The notes: generated from the sequence alone by a model not told the origin. Positions 31,012 to 40,655 are shown, counted from the first letter of the stretch. The stretch: DNA of 64,000 nt from an uncultured delta proteobacterium (GCA_963765675.1 CAVXXK010000003.1:32001-96000), one strand, 5' to 3'. Translations and numbers: made by a program.

Positions 31012-32157
31012 ATGAAGAACCAAGTTTTCGGCGCAACCGGCGAACTCGAAGCAAGCCTGCTCCCGCTTGCAGACGCGAGCGCTTTGCCGCCCTGGACCTA
31101 CACCGACCCGCGCCACTACGACATCGAGGTCGATCGAATCTTCCGCCATTCATGGCTCTCGGTTGGCCGGATCGATCAGGCCGCCGCGCGCGGCGACTAC
31201 TTCACCGTCGAACTCTTCGGCGAACCTCTCGTGATCGTCCGCGACCTCGAGGGCGAGCTGCGCGCGATGTCCCGCGTATGCCGTCACCGCTGGATGCCGG
31301 TCGTCGCGGGCGCGGGAAATCGAAAGACCTTTCAGTGCCCGTATCATCTCTGGACCTACGCGCTGAGCGGCCAACTGATCGGCGCACCCGAGATGCATCA
31401 AGCGCGCGGCTTCGACAAGACCGATTGCGTCCTGCCGCAACTTCGCGTCGAGGTTTGGCAAGGATGGATTTTCGTCAACTTCGATCAGACCGCGTCTCCC
31501 CTTTCGCCGCGCCTCTCCAGGCTGAGCGAGTTCGTCGCACCGTACCGGCTGAGCGAATTCATGACCTTGGAGCCGCTGGTGTACGACTCCGACTGGAACT
31601 GGAAACTGATGGTCGAGAATTTCATGGAGTCGTATCACCATCCCGGCGTTCATCCCGACAGCCTGCAGCCGATCTTTCCGGCCTCAGGCACCTACGCGCT
31701 CGACAGCGACGGGCCATACTCAATTCTGCGCAATCCGGCCGGTGATCGATCGCGTCCGATGGGTTCCCGGCTGCCGCATATCGACGGCCTTTCGATGGAG
31801 CTGCGCACCGAGCTGGTTGTGTGCGCGGTCTATCCGTATCACCTTTTCGCGATGCTGCCGGACTCGATGGTTTACTACAATATCGAACCTCGCGGAGTTG
31901 ATCGGTTCACACTTCGGGTCTACCCGTGTGTGCCCGCCGCGATCGCGCACGACTCACACTACCGCGAAGCGCTTGCAGACATACGCGCGTCCGTGGACTA
32001 CGTGCATCAGCAGGACATCCTCGCATGCCGCGGCGTATACGCCGGATTGAAGAGCAGCATGGCGCGCGCCGGGCGTTTGTCGCATCTCGAAAAAGCGCTC
32101 TGGCAGTTCAACCAGTTCGTCGTCACCCATCTAAGCGTCGACGCCGAACAAGCCTGA
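31012..32157 (+). CDS. Rieske non-heme iron oxygenase alpha subunit (choline/carnitine monooxygenase-like group)
   Basis: CRHR...CPYH Rieske motif, NWKLMVENFMESYHHPGVH and QQD. Confidence 0.88.
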   Translation: MKNQVFGATGELEASLLPLADASALPPWTYTDPRHYDIEVDRIFRHSWLSVGRIDQAAARGDYFTVELFGEPLVIVRDLEGELRAMSRVCRHRWMPVVAGAGNRKTFQCPYHLWTYALSGQLIGAPEMHQARGFDKTDCVLPQLRVEVWQGWIFVNFDQTASPLSPRLSRLSEFVAPYRLSEFMTLEPLVYDSDWNWKLMVENFMESYHHPGVHPDSLQPIFPASGTYALDSDGPYSILRNPAGDRSRPMGSRLPHIDGLSMELRTELVVCAVYPYHLFAMLPDSMVYYNIEPRGVDRFTLRVYPCVPAAIAHDSHYREALADIRASVDYVHQQDILACRGVYAGLKSSMARAGRLSHLEKALWQFNQFVVTHLSVDAEQA

Positions 32158-32164
32158 CACCGCC

Positions 32165-32425
32165 ATGCCGTTCGCTCAGGTTATCGGCTCCGCCGGCGTC
32201 GGGATGCTGCTGCTTGCGTTCTTCCTCAACCTGTTTGGCCTGCTGGAGGCGCGAGCGCGAAAATATCAGTTGCTCAATTTTTTCGGAGCGGGACTTTCCT
32301 GCTACGCATCGTATCTGATCGGCTTCGTGCCGTTCGTGGTGCTCGAAGCAACCTGGAGTGCGGCCGCGCTGTTTGCGCTAGTGCGTCCGCAGCGCGGTCC
32401 GAACCACAGCGTCCAGCTCGGCTAG
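32165..32425 (+). CDS. Small membrane protein (CBU_0592-like)
   Basis: IGSAGVGMLLLAF..YQLLNFFGA..FVVLEATW pattern. Confidence 0.7.
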   Translation: MPFAQVIGSAGVGMLLLAFFLNLFGLLEARARKYQLLNFFGAGLSCYASYLIGFVPFVVLEATWSAAALFALVRPQRGPNHSVQLG

Positions 32426-32743
32426 TCCGACCGGCTTTTGCAGACATACGTTCGCGCCCGCCGCCTGGGCCGCGTCGGTCATACCGCAAGCGCTATACCC
32501 GGTGATTGCTACTATCGGAGTATTCGGCGAGGTTTCGTGCGCATGCCGAATGACCTCGATCCCGCTGGCCACCGGCAGATTCAAGTCGGTCAGGATCAGG
32601 TCCGGATGCTCTCGGTCGAACAGCGCCATCGCCTGCTCGCCGTCGAACGCCGGGAGACAACAATATCCCGACCGCGCGAGCATCCGCGTGTACGAATCGA
32701 CCAAATCGCGCTCGTCATCAACGATCAGAATCGTGGATGCCAT
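32378..32743 (-). CDS. Single-domain response regulator
   Basis: ILIVDDE, TDLNLP, ITG and KP. Confidence 0.88.
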   Translation of the reverse strand: MASTILIVDDERDLVDSYTRMLARSGYCCLPAFDGEQAMALFDREHPDLILTDLNLPVASGIEVIRHAHETSPNTPIVAITGYSACGMTDAAQAAGANVCLQKPVGLAELDAVVRTALRTH

Positions 32744-32773
32744 CGTCAGCCCACCACGAAGTGTAAAAATCGG

Positions 32774-32789
32774 AGCAAGTAGCGTTCCG
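32774..32789 (-). promoter_or_regulatory. Sigma54 -24/-12 promoter
   Basis: CGGAACGCTACTTGCT (GG-N10-GC), 30 nt upstream of the receiver gene. Confidence 0.6.
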
Positions 32790-32893
32790 GTTCCCCGACC
32801 CCTCATTTATATAGTGATTATCCGCGCGCCCCCGAGAAGCAGAGGCATCGATGCAACAGTTCCGGCGTTTTCGGCGCCACACTCTGTTTCTTT

Positions 32894-34417
32894 TTATCCC
32901 GCTGCCGACGCAACCGTGACGCCTTGCTGAGGCTCGACGCCATCATCCACGCCCGGCAGCCGGATAAGGAAGCTCGTGCCTTTTCCGATTTCGGAATGCG
33001 CCTCAATCGTGCCGCCGTGGTCTGTTATCACGCGATGACTCAGCCACAGGCCCAGTCCTGTGCCCTGCGCTTTGGTGGTGTAGAACGGCTCGAACACCCG
33101 CGCGATAACCTCCGGCGGCGCACCCGAGCCGTTGTCGCTGACGACGATACGAACCCACCCTGGCTTTGCGGGATCCGCAGCCGTTTCGATTTTTATCCGG
33201 TCGGCGCCGGCGTCGCGCGCGTTCATCAGCAGGTTGACGATCACCTGCTCCAGGCCGGTCTGTTCGCCCATCACGCGCGCGATCGAACGGTCCAGCGCCA
33301 GCTCGACCCGCGCGGCGCCGATCCGGGATTCGCCGAAGACCAGCGCCACGATCTCCTCGATTGATCCGTTGATATCTACCCGGACGCGCGCAGACGGGCG
33401 CTGATGCGCAAGCGCAAGCAGATTGCGCGAGACCCGGCATGCGTGCTCGACATTGCGCTGCAGGACACGCAGATCGTTCTGGGCTTCTGTCGGAAGATCG
33501 TGCGTCTCGGTCAGCATCAGCTCGATTCTTGATGAAATCACTGCGAGCGGATTGTTCAGCTCGTGCGCGATTGCGCCCGCTACCGCCCCTAGCGCATTCA
33601 GGGTTTCATTGCGCCGCGCCTCGCGCTCCATCATTCGGCGCGTCGTGATGTCGGAGACGAAGGCAATTACCCGATCGGTGTTTTCGAACACAATATGGCT
33701 GAGGCTGACTTCGGCGGGAAACTCGGTGCCGTCCTTGCGCGCACCGACAATCTCCATCCCTGCCCCCATCCGGCGCGGGCGTAGTTCGGCGAAAAATCCC
33801 CTGCGATGACCGACGTGACGTTCGCGCATCCGCATCGGCACCAGCAGCTCTACCGACTGGCCAACGACTTCCGCTTCCGCTGTGTAGCCGAACATCTCGA
33901 GCGCGCGCGGATTCATCTGGCGGATCGACCCATCGGCGTCGAGTTGGACAATCCCCTCAACCGCCGACTCAAAGAACGCACGCGCCCGCAATGCTGTTTC
34001 GCGCTCGGCCCTCACCGAGTTGTGCAACCGTCGAGCATAACGGCTCGCGACCAGATACAGCGTAAGCCCGGTGACGCAGGTGAAAACGAAGCGATTGAGC
34101 TGGTACGAATGAGGCGGCAGCAGTCCGAGAATCAGGTTAGCGACAGCGATCCAAAAGATCCCGACTGCGAAATAGATCGCTGCGATCCTGAGCGGAGAGC
34201 CCAGCAGCCCCTTCGGCGTCGGATTGTTCGGCGGATTTGAATCGTTCAGCACGCGCTTGGCCAACGGTTTTGGATTCGCCTGAATCTCGCCGAACGAGCC
34301 AAGATTCCGGATCGCCAACTCTAGCCGTCGTGCACGCCAGAGGGTAGCCCAAACGTGGTCGCATCCCGGCCGCCACTTTTTACAATATGTTCGCCATACA
34401 GTATGTTCGCCCGTCAT
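32894..34417 (-). CDS. Membrane PAS-domain sensor histidine kinase
   Basis: Two TMs, FixL-like PAS (RERH...MG.G), AHELNNPL, NARDA, DNGSG and GTGLGL. Start uncertain; an ATGA overlap exists at 34414-34417. Confidence 0.9.
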   Translation of the reverse strand: MTGEHTVWRTYCKKWRPGCDHVWATLWRARRLELAIRNLGSFGEIQANPKPLAKRVLNDSNPPNNPTPKGLLGSPLRIAAIYFAVGIFWIAVANLILGLLPPHSYQLNRFVFTCVTGLTLYLVASRYARRLHNSVRAERETALRARAFFESAVEGIVQLDADGSIRQMNPRALEMFGYTAEAEVVGQSVELLVPMRMRERHVGHRRGFFAELRPRRMGAGMEIVGARKDGTEFPAEVSLSHIVFENTDRVIAFVSDITTRRMMEREARRNETLNALGAVAGAIAHELNNPLAVISSRIELMLTETHDLPTEAQNDLRVLQRNVEHACRVSRNLLALAHQRPSARVRVDINGSIEEIVALVFGESRIGAARVELALDRSIARVMGEQTGLEQVIVNLLMNARDAGADRIKIETAADPAKPGWVRIVVSDNGSGAPPEVIARVFEPFYTTKAQGTGLGLWLSHRVITDHGGTIEAHSEIGKGTSFLIRLPGVDDGVEPQQGVTVASAAG

Positions 34418-35211
34418 CTTCCCCGCGCGGAGATTGGCTCTCTTGCGCCGGAACGTTCTGAGGCCGAGGTCGCGTGCGCGCCCGCCGTATCGCCCGCCTC
34501 GCGCGCGACGACCGCGACGCCGGTGACCTCGAACCCTTCGGCGCGAATCGCCGCCATCGACAGCGCCAGCGTGATTCGGCCGCCGTCGCGGCGCATCCGA
34601 ACCGCCTCGAACGGCGCGACTTTCTCACCGCGCATCACCCGCGCATACAGACGCCGCGTCTCGGCACGAAGGCTGGCAGGCAGCAGCTTGTCCGAATCCT
34701 CGCCAACGATCTCCTCGGAGCTGTAACCGTAAATTCGTTCCGCCCCGGTATTCCACGCGATGATTTTGCCTCCGCCGTCGATTCCGTAAATCCCCTCGTC
34801 GATCGCGCTGACCACAGACGCGATCAGCTCGTAATGATCCTCGCGCCGCTTGGTTTCGAGCGCGGTCCGAATCACGGCCACCAGGTTCTCGAATCCGTCC
34901 GGTTTCAGCATGTAGTAGAACAGGCCGTACTTGAACGCTTCGGCAACTACTTCCTCGCCTCCGTTTCCGGTCAGGAAGATCACCTTGCATCGCGGCCATC
35001 GCTTGCGCACCCGTTGCAGCACCGAAAGCCCATCGCCCCATCCGAGCCAATAGTCGGTGATCACGACGTCTATATTCTCGCGCCGCAGCGCGTCATTGAA
35101 TTCAAATGCCTCGCCCGCGATCAAGATCTGCTCACCGGGGAAGGCGTGCTGAATCCTCCGCTGCATCACCATCCGATCAGTAACACTGTCTTCCACCAAC
35201 AATAGGTCCAT
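34414..35211 (-). CDS. Receiver + PAS domain protein without kinase or DNA-binding output
   Basis: LLVEDS, ITDY, FLTG and KP; then WNTGAERIYGY and RRDG PAS/PAC. Confidence 0.85.
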   Translation of the reverse strand: MDLLLVEDSVTDRMVMQRRIQHAFPGEQILIAGEAFEFNDALRRENIDVVITDYWLGWGDGLSVLQRVRKRWPRCKVIFLTGNGGEEVVAEAFKYGLFYYMLKPDGFENLVAVIRTALETKRREDHYELIASVVSAIDEGIYGIDGGGKIIAWNTGAERIYGYSSEEIVGEDSDKLLPASLRAETRRLYARVMRGEKVAPFEAVRMRRDGGRITLALSMAAIRAEGFEVTGVAVVAREAGDTAGAHATSASERSGAREPISARGR

Positions 35212-35286
35212 CGGTTCCTCTCGCACTGGGTTCGCGGGTGCGTCCGCATCACGAGAAGCGACCCGCACCGTTTTGGAACCCAAGTG

Positions 35287-35302
35287 AGCAAACGATGTGC
35301 CC
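35287..35302 (-). promoter_or_regulatory. Sigma54 -24/-12 promoter
   Basis: GGGCACATCGTTTGCT (GG-N10-GC), upstream of the REC-PAS gene. Confidence 0.65.
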
Positions 35303-35600
35303 GTGACCGCAAGAGCATCGCATCTGGAGCATCCGCCCACCCGGGAACGCGTGCGGCTGTCGTGGCGTACGATAGACCACAGCGCGGACGGTTTGCCGAG
35401 GTGCTCCGAGGACACATCGGCGCAAACGCGTCGCAGATCGCGACACTTTTTTTTCAAAACTGGACATTCTCGCTCGCTTGAGCTTCGCAGCAATTATGGA
35501 ACTGAGAGCCGGAAGCCGGGCACCTGATGCGTAAACTTGCGGCGCTATCTTGTCGAATGCATCAAGGCACACCGTGCCATGCGGGTTGGCGGCGATGAAT

Positions 35601-35642
35601 TGTGGCGCGTCGAAGCCACAGGGTGTGGAGTTTCTCCCCGCA
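35601..35642. promoter_or_regulatory. Putative bEBP upstream activator sites
   Basis: TGTGGC-N8-GCCACA palindrome plus adjacent TGTGG...CCGCA, about 40-80 nt before a sigma54 site. Confidence 0.5.
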
Positions 35643-35681
35643 TTCTCTACTGAAAATGGCTAATACGCTCAAATATTAGCT

Positions 35682-35697
35682 TGGCACAGAGCGTGCT
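35682..35697 (+). promoter_or_regulatory. Sigma54 -24/-12 promoter
   Basis: TGGCACAGAGCGTGCT (GG-N10-GC), upstream of the 35814 gene. Confidence 0.6.
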
Positions 35698-35813
35698 GGT
35701 CCGAAATAGCTTCGCAGTTACAAATCTCCGCGCTGGCGGCTTAATCGCCGCCAGAGTAAGCGCGGCTTTTGACTTGCCGCTTACGGCTTTCAGACTGGGG
35801 AGGATGACAGCCA

Positions 35814-36311
35814 ATGGACGCTCAGATCGAGAAACACGGGCCGGTTCCCGCACAGTCTCGTGACCCGCTGCGTGCGGAGTGCGACCGGCCCGATCCGTGG
35901 TTGAATGTCGGCTTCGCGCCCGATTTTCTGGTTCCATCCCAATTCTATGATCTGACCCGCAGGCGCAGCGGTCTCGACGGCGAGACTCGCCTGGTCTATG
36001 CGGTGCTCGAAGATGCCGTGCGATGCTACGTCAAACATGCCGGCGCTACCCATGGGATGCGGCGCGCACTGTTCGATGAAGTCGAGGGATGGTTCCACGC
36101 GCATACGATGGCGGGACCGTTTTCATTCGCCTATGTTTGCGACGTGCTCGGCGTCGACCCCGATTTCCTGCGCTCTCAGCTCGCTTCTCTCGGACCAGAT
36201 GATCTGCCGACCAAGCAGATGCGTTCTGTAGGACGCCGTCATGTCGTCCGCTCAGGGCGGCGAAGTTCCGGCCGTAACCGGGCGAGCACTCGTCAGGCAG
36301 TAGCCGAATAG
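35814..36311 (+). CDS. Conserved hypothetical protein (AVLEDA...WF...FSF..VC.VLG.DP..LR family)
   Basis: GGAGG RBS, recognisable uncharacterised motif pattern, basic C-terminal tail. Confidence 0.7.
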   Translation: MDAQIEKHGPVPAQSRDPLRAECDRPDPWLNVGFAPDFLVPSQFYDLTRRRSGLDGETRLVYAVLEDAVRCYVKHAGATHGMRRALFDEVEGWFHAHTMAGPFSFAYVCDVLGVDPDFLRSQLASLGPDDLPTKQMRSVGRRHVVRSGRRSSGRNRASTRQAVAE

Positions 36312-36471
36312 TCGCGAGCTCGCTTTTTGCACAAGCCGTTTCGTCTTCGTGTGCACTGCGCATGCGCCGTGTCGCATTTGTATGGCGGAATCGCTAAAAA
36401 AATATCGGACCTCGCCGTCGTTTTGGCCTATGCTCATCATAGGCGAAGGTTGCCAAAGGAGTTCGATAATA

Positions 36472-36672
36472 ATGCGAAAGCTTTCCAGCGCGGTTCCAAT
36501 TCTGCTCATCCTGGGCGCGCTAACATTGGTCCCGGCATGCTCTTCACAGCAGGCTGAAAACACTACCAATGCGGTCACCAACACGACCGCCGACACTACC
36601 AGCTCGCTGTTCAGCGGAATCGAATCGGTCATCCTGTATCCCTTTCGGCTGATCGGAGATCTGTTTTCCTAA
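36472..36672 (+). CDS. Small lipoprotein
   Basis: MRKLSSAVPILLILGALTLVPAC signal with lipobox-like Cys. Confidence 0.55.
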   Translation: MRKLSSAVPILLILGALTLVPACSSQQAENTTNAVTNTTADTTSSLFSGIESVILYPFRLIGDLFS

Positions 36673-36829
36673 GATCGCGCTCCGCTCGATTGCGGGTCGT
36701 CGCAATCACCGCGCGCCGGCTGATTTCGTTTGAGCGCACCACATCGATATTGCTAAATCAAACCTGACTGGAGCGGGCGGTGCCTCCGTTTCGCCACGCC
36801 GCGCATCCGGCCGGGACGGGAGAAATAAC

Positions 36830-37615
36830 GTGGTCGAAACGACCGAAACCCAGCATGCCGTGGCGGGCACGACGCTCACGATGATTCGCGGCGGCTCGGG
36901 CAAGCCGCTTCTTATTTTTCACGACGAGCTTGGTTATCCCGGCTGGACCGCATGGAACGAGAGCCTGGCGCACGAACGCACGCTGCTCATCCCGCTTCAG
37001 CCGGGTTACGGCAAGACGCCGCGCCTGGACTGGATTCGCAGTTATCGCGATCTCGGCGGATTTTACGCGCAGGTGCTACGCGAGATGCGGCTGGACCCGA
37101 TCGACGTGATCGGATTTTCGGCCGGCGGATTTATCGCGGCCGAGATGGCGGCGGCGGACCCGAAAATTTTCTCGCGGATGATTCTGGTCGCGCCGATGGG
37201 CATCAAGCCGGCCGCGGGGGAGATTCTCGACTTCTTCGCGATGACTATCCGGCGCCATCTGCGCGCGACCGTCGCCGATCCGGCGGGCACGCCCGAGTTC
37301 ACGAAAATCTACGGCGGTGAAATGACCCCCGAACAGTTCGAGTTGTTCGAGGACGCCCGCTCCGAAAGCGCGCGGATCGGATGGGAGCCATACATGCACG
37401 ATCCCAGCCTGCCGCATCTGCTGCGCGGCGTGAAAATCCCTACGCTGCTTATCCGCGGGACGCGCGACGACGTGGTGCCGTCGGGATGCATCGACGGCTA
37501 CCGCGCCGCAATCGCCGGCGCGCAGGTCGCGCAAATCGAGGGTGCCGGGCATCGGCCGGAGATCGAAAACTCAGTCGAGTTCGAGCGTATAGTCACTCGA
37601 TTCCTGGCCGCATAG
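36830..37615 (+). CDS. Alpha/beta hydrolase
   Basis: GFSAGG nucleophile elbow, DDVVP and GHRPE. Confidence 0.85.
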   Translation: MVETTETQHAVAGTTLTMIRGGSGKPLLIFHDELGYPGWTAWNESLAHERTLLIPLQPGYGKTPRLDWIRSYRDLGGFYAQVLREMRLDPIDVIGFSAGGFIAAEMAAADPKIFSRMILVAPMGIKPAAGEILDFFAMTIRRHLRATVADPAGTPEFTKIYGGEMTPEQFELFEDARSESARIGWEPYMHDPSLPHLLRGVKIPTLLIRGTRDDVVPSGCIDGYRAAIAGAQVAQIEGAGHRPEIENSVEFERIVTRFLAA

Positions 37616-37639
37616 CCATTGGCAAGTGGAGCTGCGAAA

Positions 37640-38965
37640 ATGAAGATAGGATATTTCACCGAACGTCCGGCCAGGTGGGTTCCCGAGGATGCGATCCTGA
37701 AGAATGAGGCGTATTTCGCGGTCTCGAACAAGTATTTCGACCGCGAGCAGGCGGCGACCGACTACAATTATTATCTCGACGAAAACTGCTACGCCGAAGA
37801 ACTCGGCTACGACATCGTCGCGCTGAATGAGCACCACGGCAACCCGTTCTGCATGGGCAGCGTGATGAACGTCGAGGCGGCGATCCTCGCGCGGATTACC
37901 AAGCGCGTGAAGATTTGCCTCATCGGCAATCCGCTGCCGGTGATCAAGCATCCGCTCAGGATGGCCGAAGAGCTAGCCGAGATCGATCTGATCTCGCGCG
38001 GCCGGATGATCACCGGATGGGTTCGCGGCGCGGGCTCGGAGCAGTTCTTCAACAACGCCAACCCCGCCTACAACCGCGAGCTGTTCAACGAGGCGCACGA
38101 TTTTATCGTGCAGGCGTGGACGCGGCCCGGTCCGTGGCGTTACGAGGGCAAGCATTTTCATTATCGCCACGTAAATCCGTGGGCGCTGCCCTATCAGAAA
38201 CCGCATCCCCCGTTCTGGATTCCCGGCGTGATCAGCCCCGAGACCGCGAAATGGTGCGCCGAGCATCGCTATCCGTACATCGGACTCGGCACCGCGCTCG
38301 GACCAACCGCCGACCTGTGGGATTTCTACGCCGACGAGGCGCGCAAGCAAGGCTACCAGGCTGGACCGGAGAATTTCGGCTATGTGATTCCGACTTTCGT
38401 CGCCGAGACTGACGAGCGCGCACAGGACCTCGGCCGCGGCTTCGTCTACGGCGGCGGCCAGAACGCCTTCTCGCGCACCGAGCATACTCTGCCGCCCGGC
38501 TATAATTCGAAGGAAGCGACCCGCCGTCTTGCCAAGCAGCCGCAAGGAAGCTGGCTCGGAGTCAGCGGCGACAAGCTGCGCGGCCATAGCGAGGAAGCCC
38601 AGCAAGTCGATTATGACGAAGTCCGCCGCAAGCTCGCCGCCGGACTCCAGAAGGCGCAGAAATCGCTGACGATAGTAATCGGCAGCCCGAAGACGGTGAT
38701 TCCGAAGTTCAAAACCATCCTGAACGTGCTCCGCCCCGGCGCTCTGATTATCTTCAGCGTGCAAGGCCAGGTGAACAACCAGGATCGCCAGGCCAGCATG
38801 CGCCTGATCGCACAGGAGGTAGTCCCCGCGCTACGCGAATACGCGCGCGAGATCGATTTACCCGACGCCTTCGAGCGAGCGCCCGGCTCCGTAAAGCTCC
38901 AATCCGGCACCAGCCGAATCCCAGTGGCCGATCGTGCTCCGTTAAAGGAGTTGGGAATTTTGTAA
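37640..38965 (+). CDS. Luciferase-like (LLM) flavin-dependent oxidoreductase
   Basis: NEHH, PLRMAEELAEIDLISRGR and PYQKPHPP motifs. Confidence 0.9.
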   Translation: MKIGYFTERPARWVPEDAILKNEAYFAVSNKYFDREQAATDYNYYLDENCYAEELGYDIVALNEHHGNPFCMGSVMNVEAAILARITKRVKICLIGNPLPVIKHPLRMAEELAEIDLISRGRMITGWVRGAGSEQFFNNANPAYNRELFNEAHDFIVQAWTRPGPWRYEGKHFHYRHVNPWALPYQKPHPPFWIPGVISPETAKWCAEHRYPYIGLGTALGPTADLWDFYADEARKQGYQAGPENFGYVIPTFVAETDERAQDLGRGFVYGGGQNAFSRTEHTLPPGYNSKEATRRLAKQPQGSWLGVSGDKLRGHSEEAQQVDYDEVRRKLAAGLQKAQKSLTIVIGSPKTVIPKFKTILNVLRPGALIIFSVQGQVNNQDRQASMRLIAQEVVPALREYAREIDLPDAFERAPGSVKLQSGTSRIPVADRAPLKELGIL

Positions 38966-39025
38966 CGGAAACACCCGCACCAACGATCCGACCATGTCTT
39001 TCTGATCATTATCGTCCGGTCTTTG

Positions 39026-39106
39026 TCTGTCATTCCCGCGCGTGGCTGCCGCGCGAGGAATCCGGGATTCCTCGCGCGCGGCAGCCACGCACGCGGGAAT
39101 GACAGA
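39026..39106. repeat. Near-perfect 81-bp palindrome (REPIN-like)
   Basis: TCTGTCATTCCCGCGCGTGGCTGCCGCGCGAGGAATCC-G-GGATTCCTCGCGCG...GCGGGAATGACAGA. Confidence 0.85.
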
Positions 39107-39213
39107 AAAGGCCTTTCGCCCGATTGAACTATCCGGAACAAAAAAACGCCTGAACGGTTCAGCGGGACAAACCTTGAATCCTGACTGCGGACCTAATAGG
39201 CGTTAGTGTTGCT

Positions 39214-40395
39214 ATGAGCGACATAGAATCATTCCGAAAAGAGACTCGCGCGTGGCTCGAAACCAACTGCCCGTCCGAGATGCGCCAACCGGCGAAATCC
39301 GAAGACGATACCTGCTGGGGCGGTCGTCGATGGAAGTTCCAATCCGACGCCCAGCGTCTGTGGCTCGAGCGGATGGCCTCCAAAGGATGGACCGTTCCCG
39401 AATGGCCGCGCGAGTACGGCGGCGGCGGCCTCTCGCGCGACGAGGCCAAAGTCCTGCGCCAGGAGATGCGCGCGCTCGGATGCCGTTCGCCGCTCGATAG
39501 CTTCGGCATCTGGATGCTCGGGCCGGCGCTGCTCAAGTACGGCTCCGAAGAACAGAAGCGCGAGCATCTGCCGAAAATCGCGCGCGGCGAAATCCGATGG
39601 TGCCAGGGCTACTCTGAGCCCGGCTCCGGCTCTGACCTCGCCTCGCTGCAAACGCGAGCCGAAGACAAGGGCGATCACTACGTTATCAATGGCTCGAAAA
39701 TCTGGACCTCATACGCCGACAAAGCCGACTGGATTTTCTGCCTCGTGCGCACCGATCCCGCCGCGCCCAAGCATGAAGGAATCAGCTTCATCCTGTTCGA
39801 CATGGAGAGCGCCGGCGTCTCGACCAAGCCGATCACGCTGATCTCCGGCGCGTCGCCGTTCTGCCAGACCTTCTTCGACGACGTCCTGGTGCCGAAGGCA
39901 AACCTCGTCGGCAAGCTCAACAAGGGATGGGAGATCGCGAAATACCTGCTGACCCACGAGCGCGACATGATCGGCGGAATGGGCCAGACCTCGGAAAACC
40001 GCTCGCTCGGACAGGTCGCGACCGAGACCGTCGGCGTGGATAACGGGATGCTCGCCGATCCAGTCCTGCGCAGCGAGATCGCGGCGTTCGAGATCGACGC
40101 GTGGGCGTTTCGCCTCACGATGGAGCGCGTCGGCGATCTCGCGAAGATCGGGCAGGCGCATCCTGCCGTGTCGTCGTTGCTCAAGTACTACGGCACCGAG
40201 CTCAACAAGCGGAGGAACGAGCTGGTGATGTCGGCAGGCGGCGCGAACGCTCTCGAATGGGAAGGCGAACGCTCGCACAACGGCGCCACCGCGCGCGCGT
40301 GGCTGCGCTCGAAAGCAAATTCGATCGAAGGCGGCACCAGCGAGGTCCAGCTAAACATCATCGCCAAGCGCATCCTCGGTTTGCCCGACGCATGA
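39214..40395 (+). CDS. Acyl-CoA dehydrogenase
   Basis: WCQGYSEPGSGSDLASL, NGSKIWTS and IEGGTSEVQ motifs. Confidence 0.93.
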   Translation: MSDIESFRKETRAWLETNCPSEMRQPAKSEDDTCWGGRRWKFQSDAQRLWLERMASKGWTVPEWPREYGGGGLSRDEAKVLRQEMRALGCRSPLDSFGIWMLGPALLKYGSEEQKREHLPKIARGEIRWCQGYSEPGSGSDLASLQTRAEDKGDHYVINGSKIWTSYADKADWIFCLVRTDPAAPKHEGISFILFDMESAGVSTKPITLISGASPFCQTFFDDVLVPKANLVGKLNKGWEIAKYLLTHERDMIGGMGQTSENRSLGQVATETVGVDNGMLADPVLRSEIAAFEIDAWAFRLTMERVGDLAKIGQAHPAVSSLLKYYGTELNKRRNELVMSAGGANALEWEGERSHNGATARAWLRSKANSIEGGTSEVQLNIIAKRILGLPDA

Positions 40396-40477
40396 GAAGA
40401 TGGCCACCTTCCTTAATCTTGCGCCCCTGACCACGAAGCCTTTGCATAGCTCATTCCACTTGGCTGGGTTCGCGAGT

Positions 40478-40655
40478 GGCGAGATTCCTCGCGATGCGCA
40501 CAACGCAACTAAGTTCTCACGACGCGAAACCGGCAGTACACTCGCGCTCGGAATGACACTTTCGGCGTTTTTGGTGTCATTCCGAACGCGGGCAAGCAAT
40601 CCGTGTCGCGTCATACACGCCACATCGAACGGCAGGCGTCGCGAGGAATCTCGCC
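40478..40655. repeat. Inverted REP doublet (REPIN-like)
   Basis: Perfect 17-bp outer IR GGCGAGATTCCTCGCGA / TCGCGAGGAATCTCGCC and 12-bp inner IR TCGGAATGACAC / GTGTCATTCCGA. Confidence 0.8.

Noticed and set aside
39026-40655. Possible CRISPR array or simple terminators
   Set aside because: No regular repeat-spacer periodicity and no cas genes; a dispersed REP-like family fits better.
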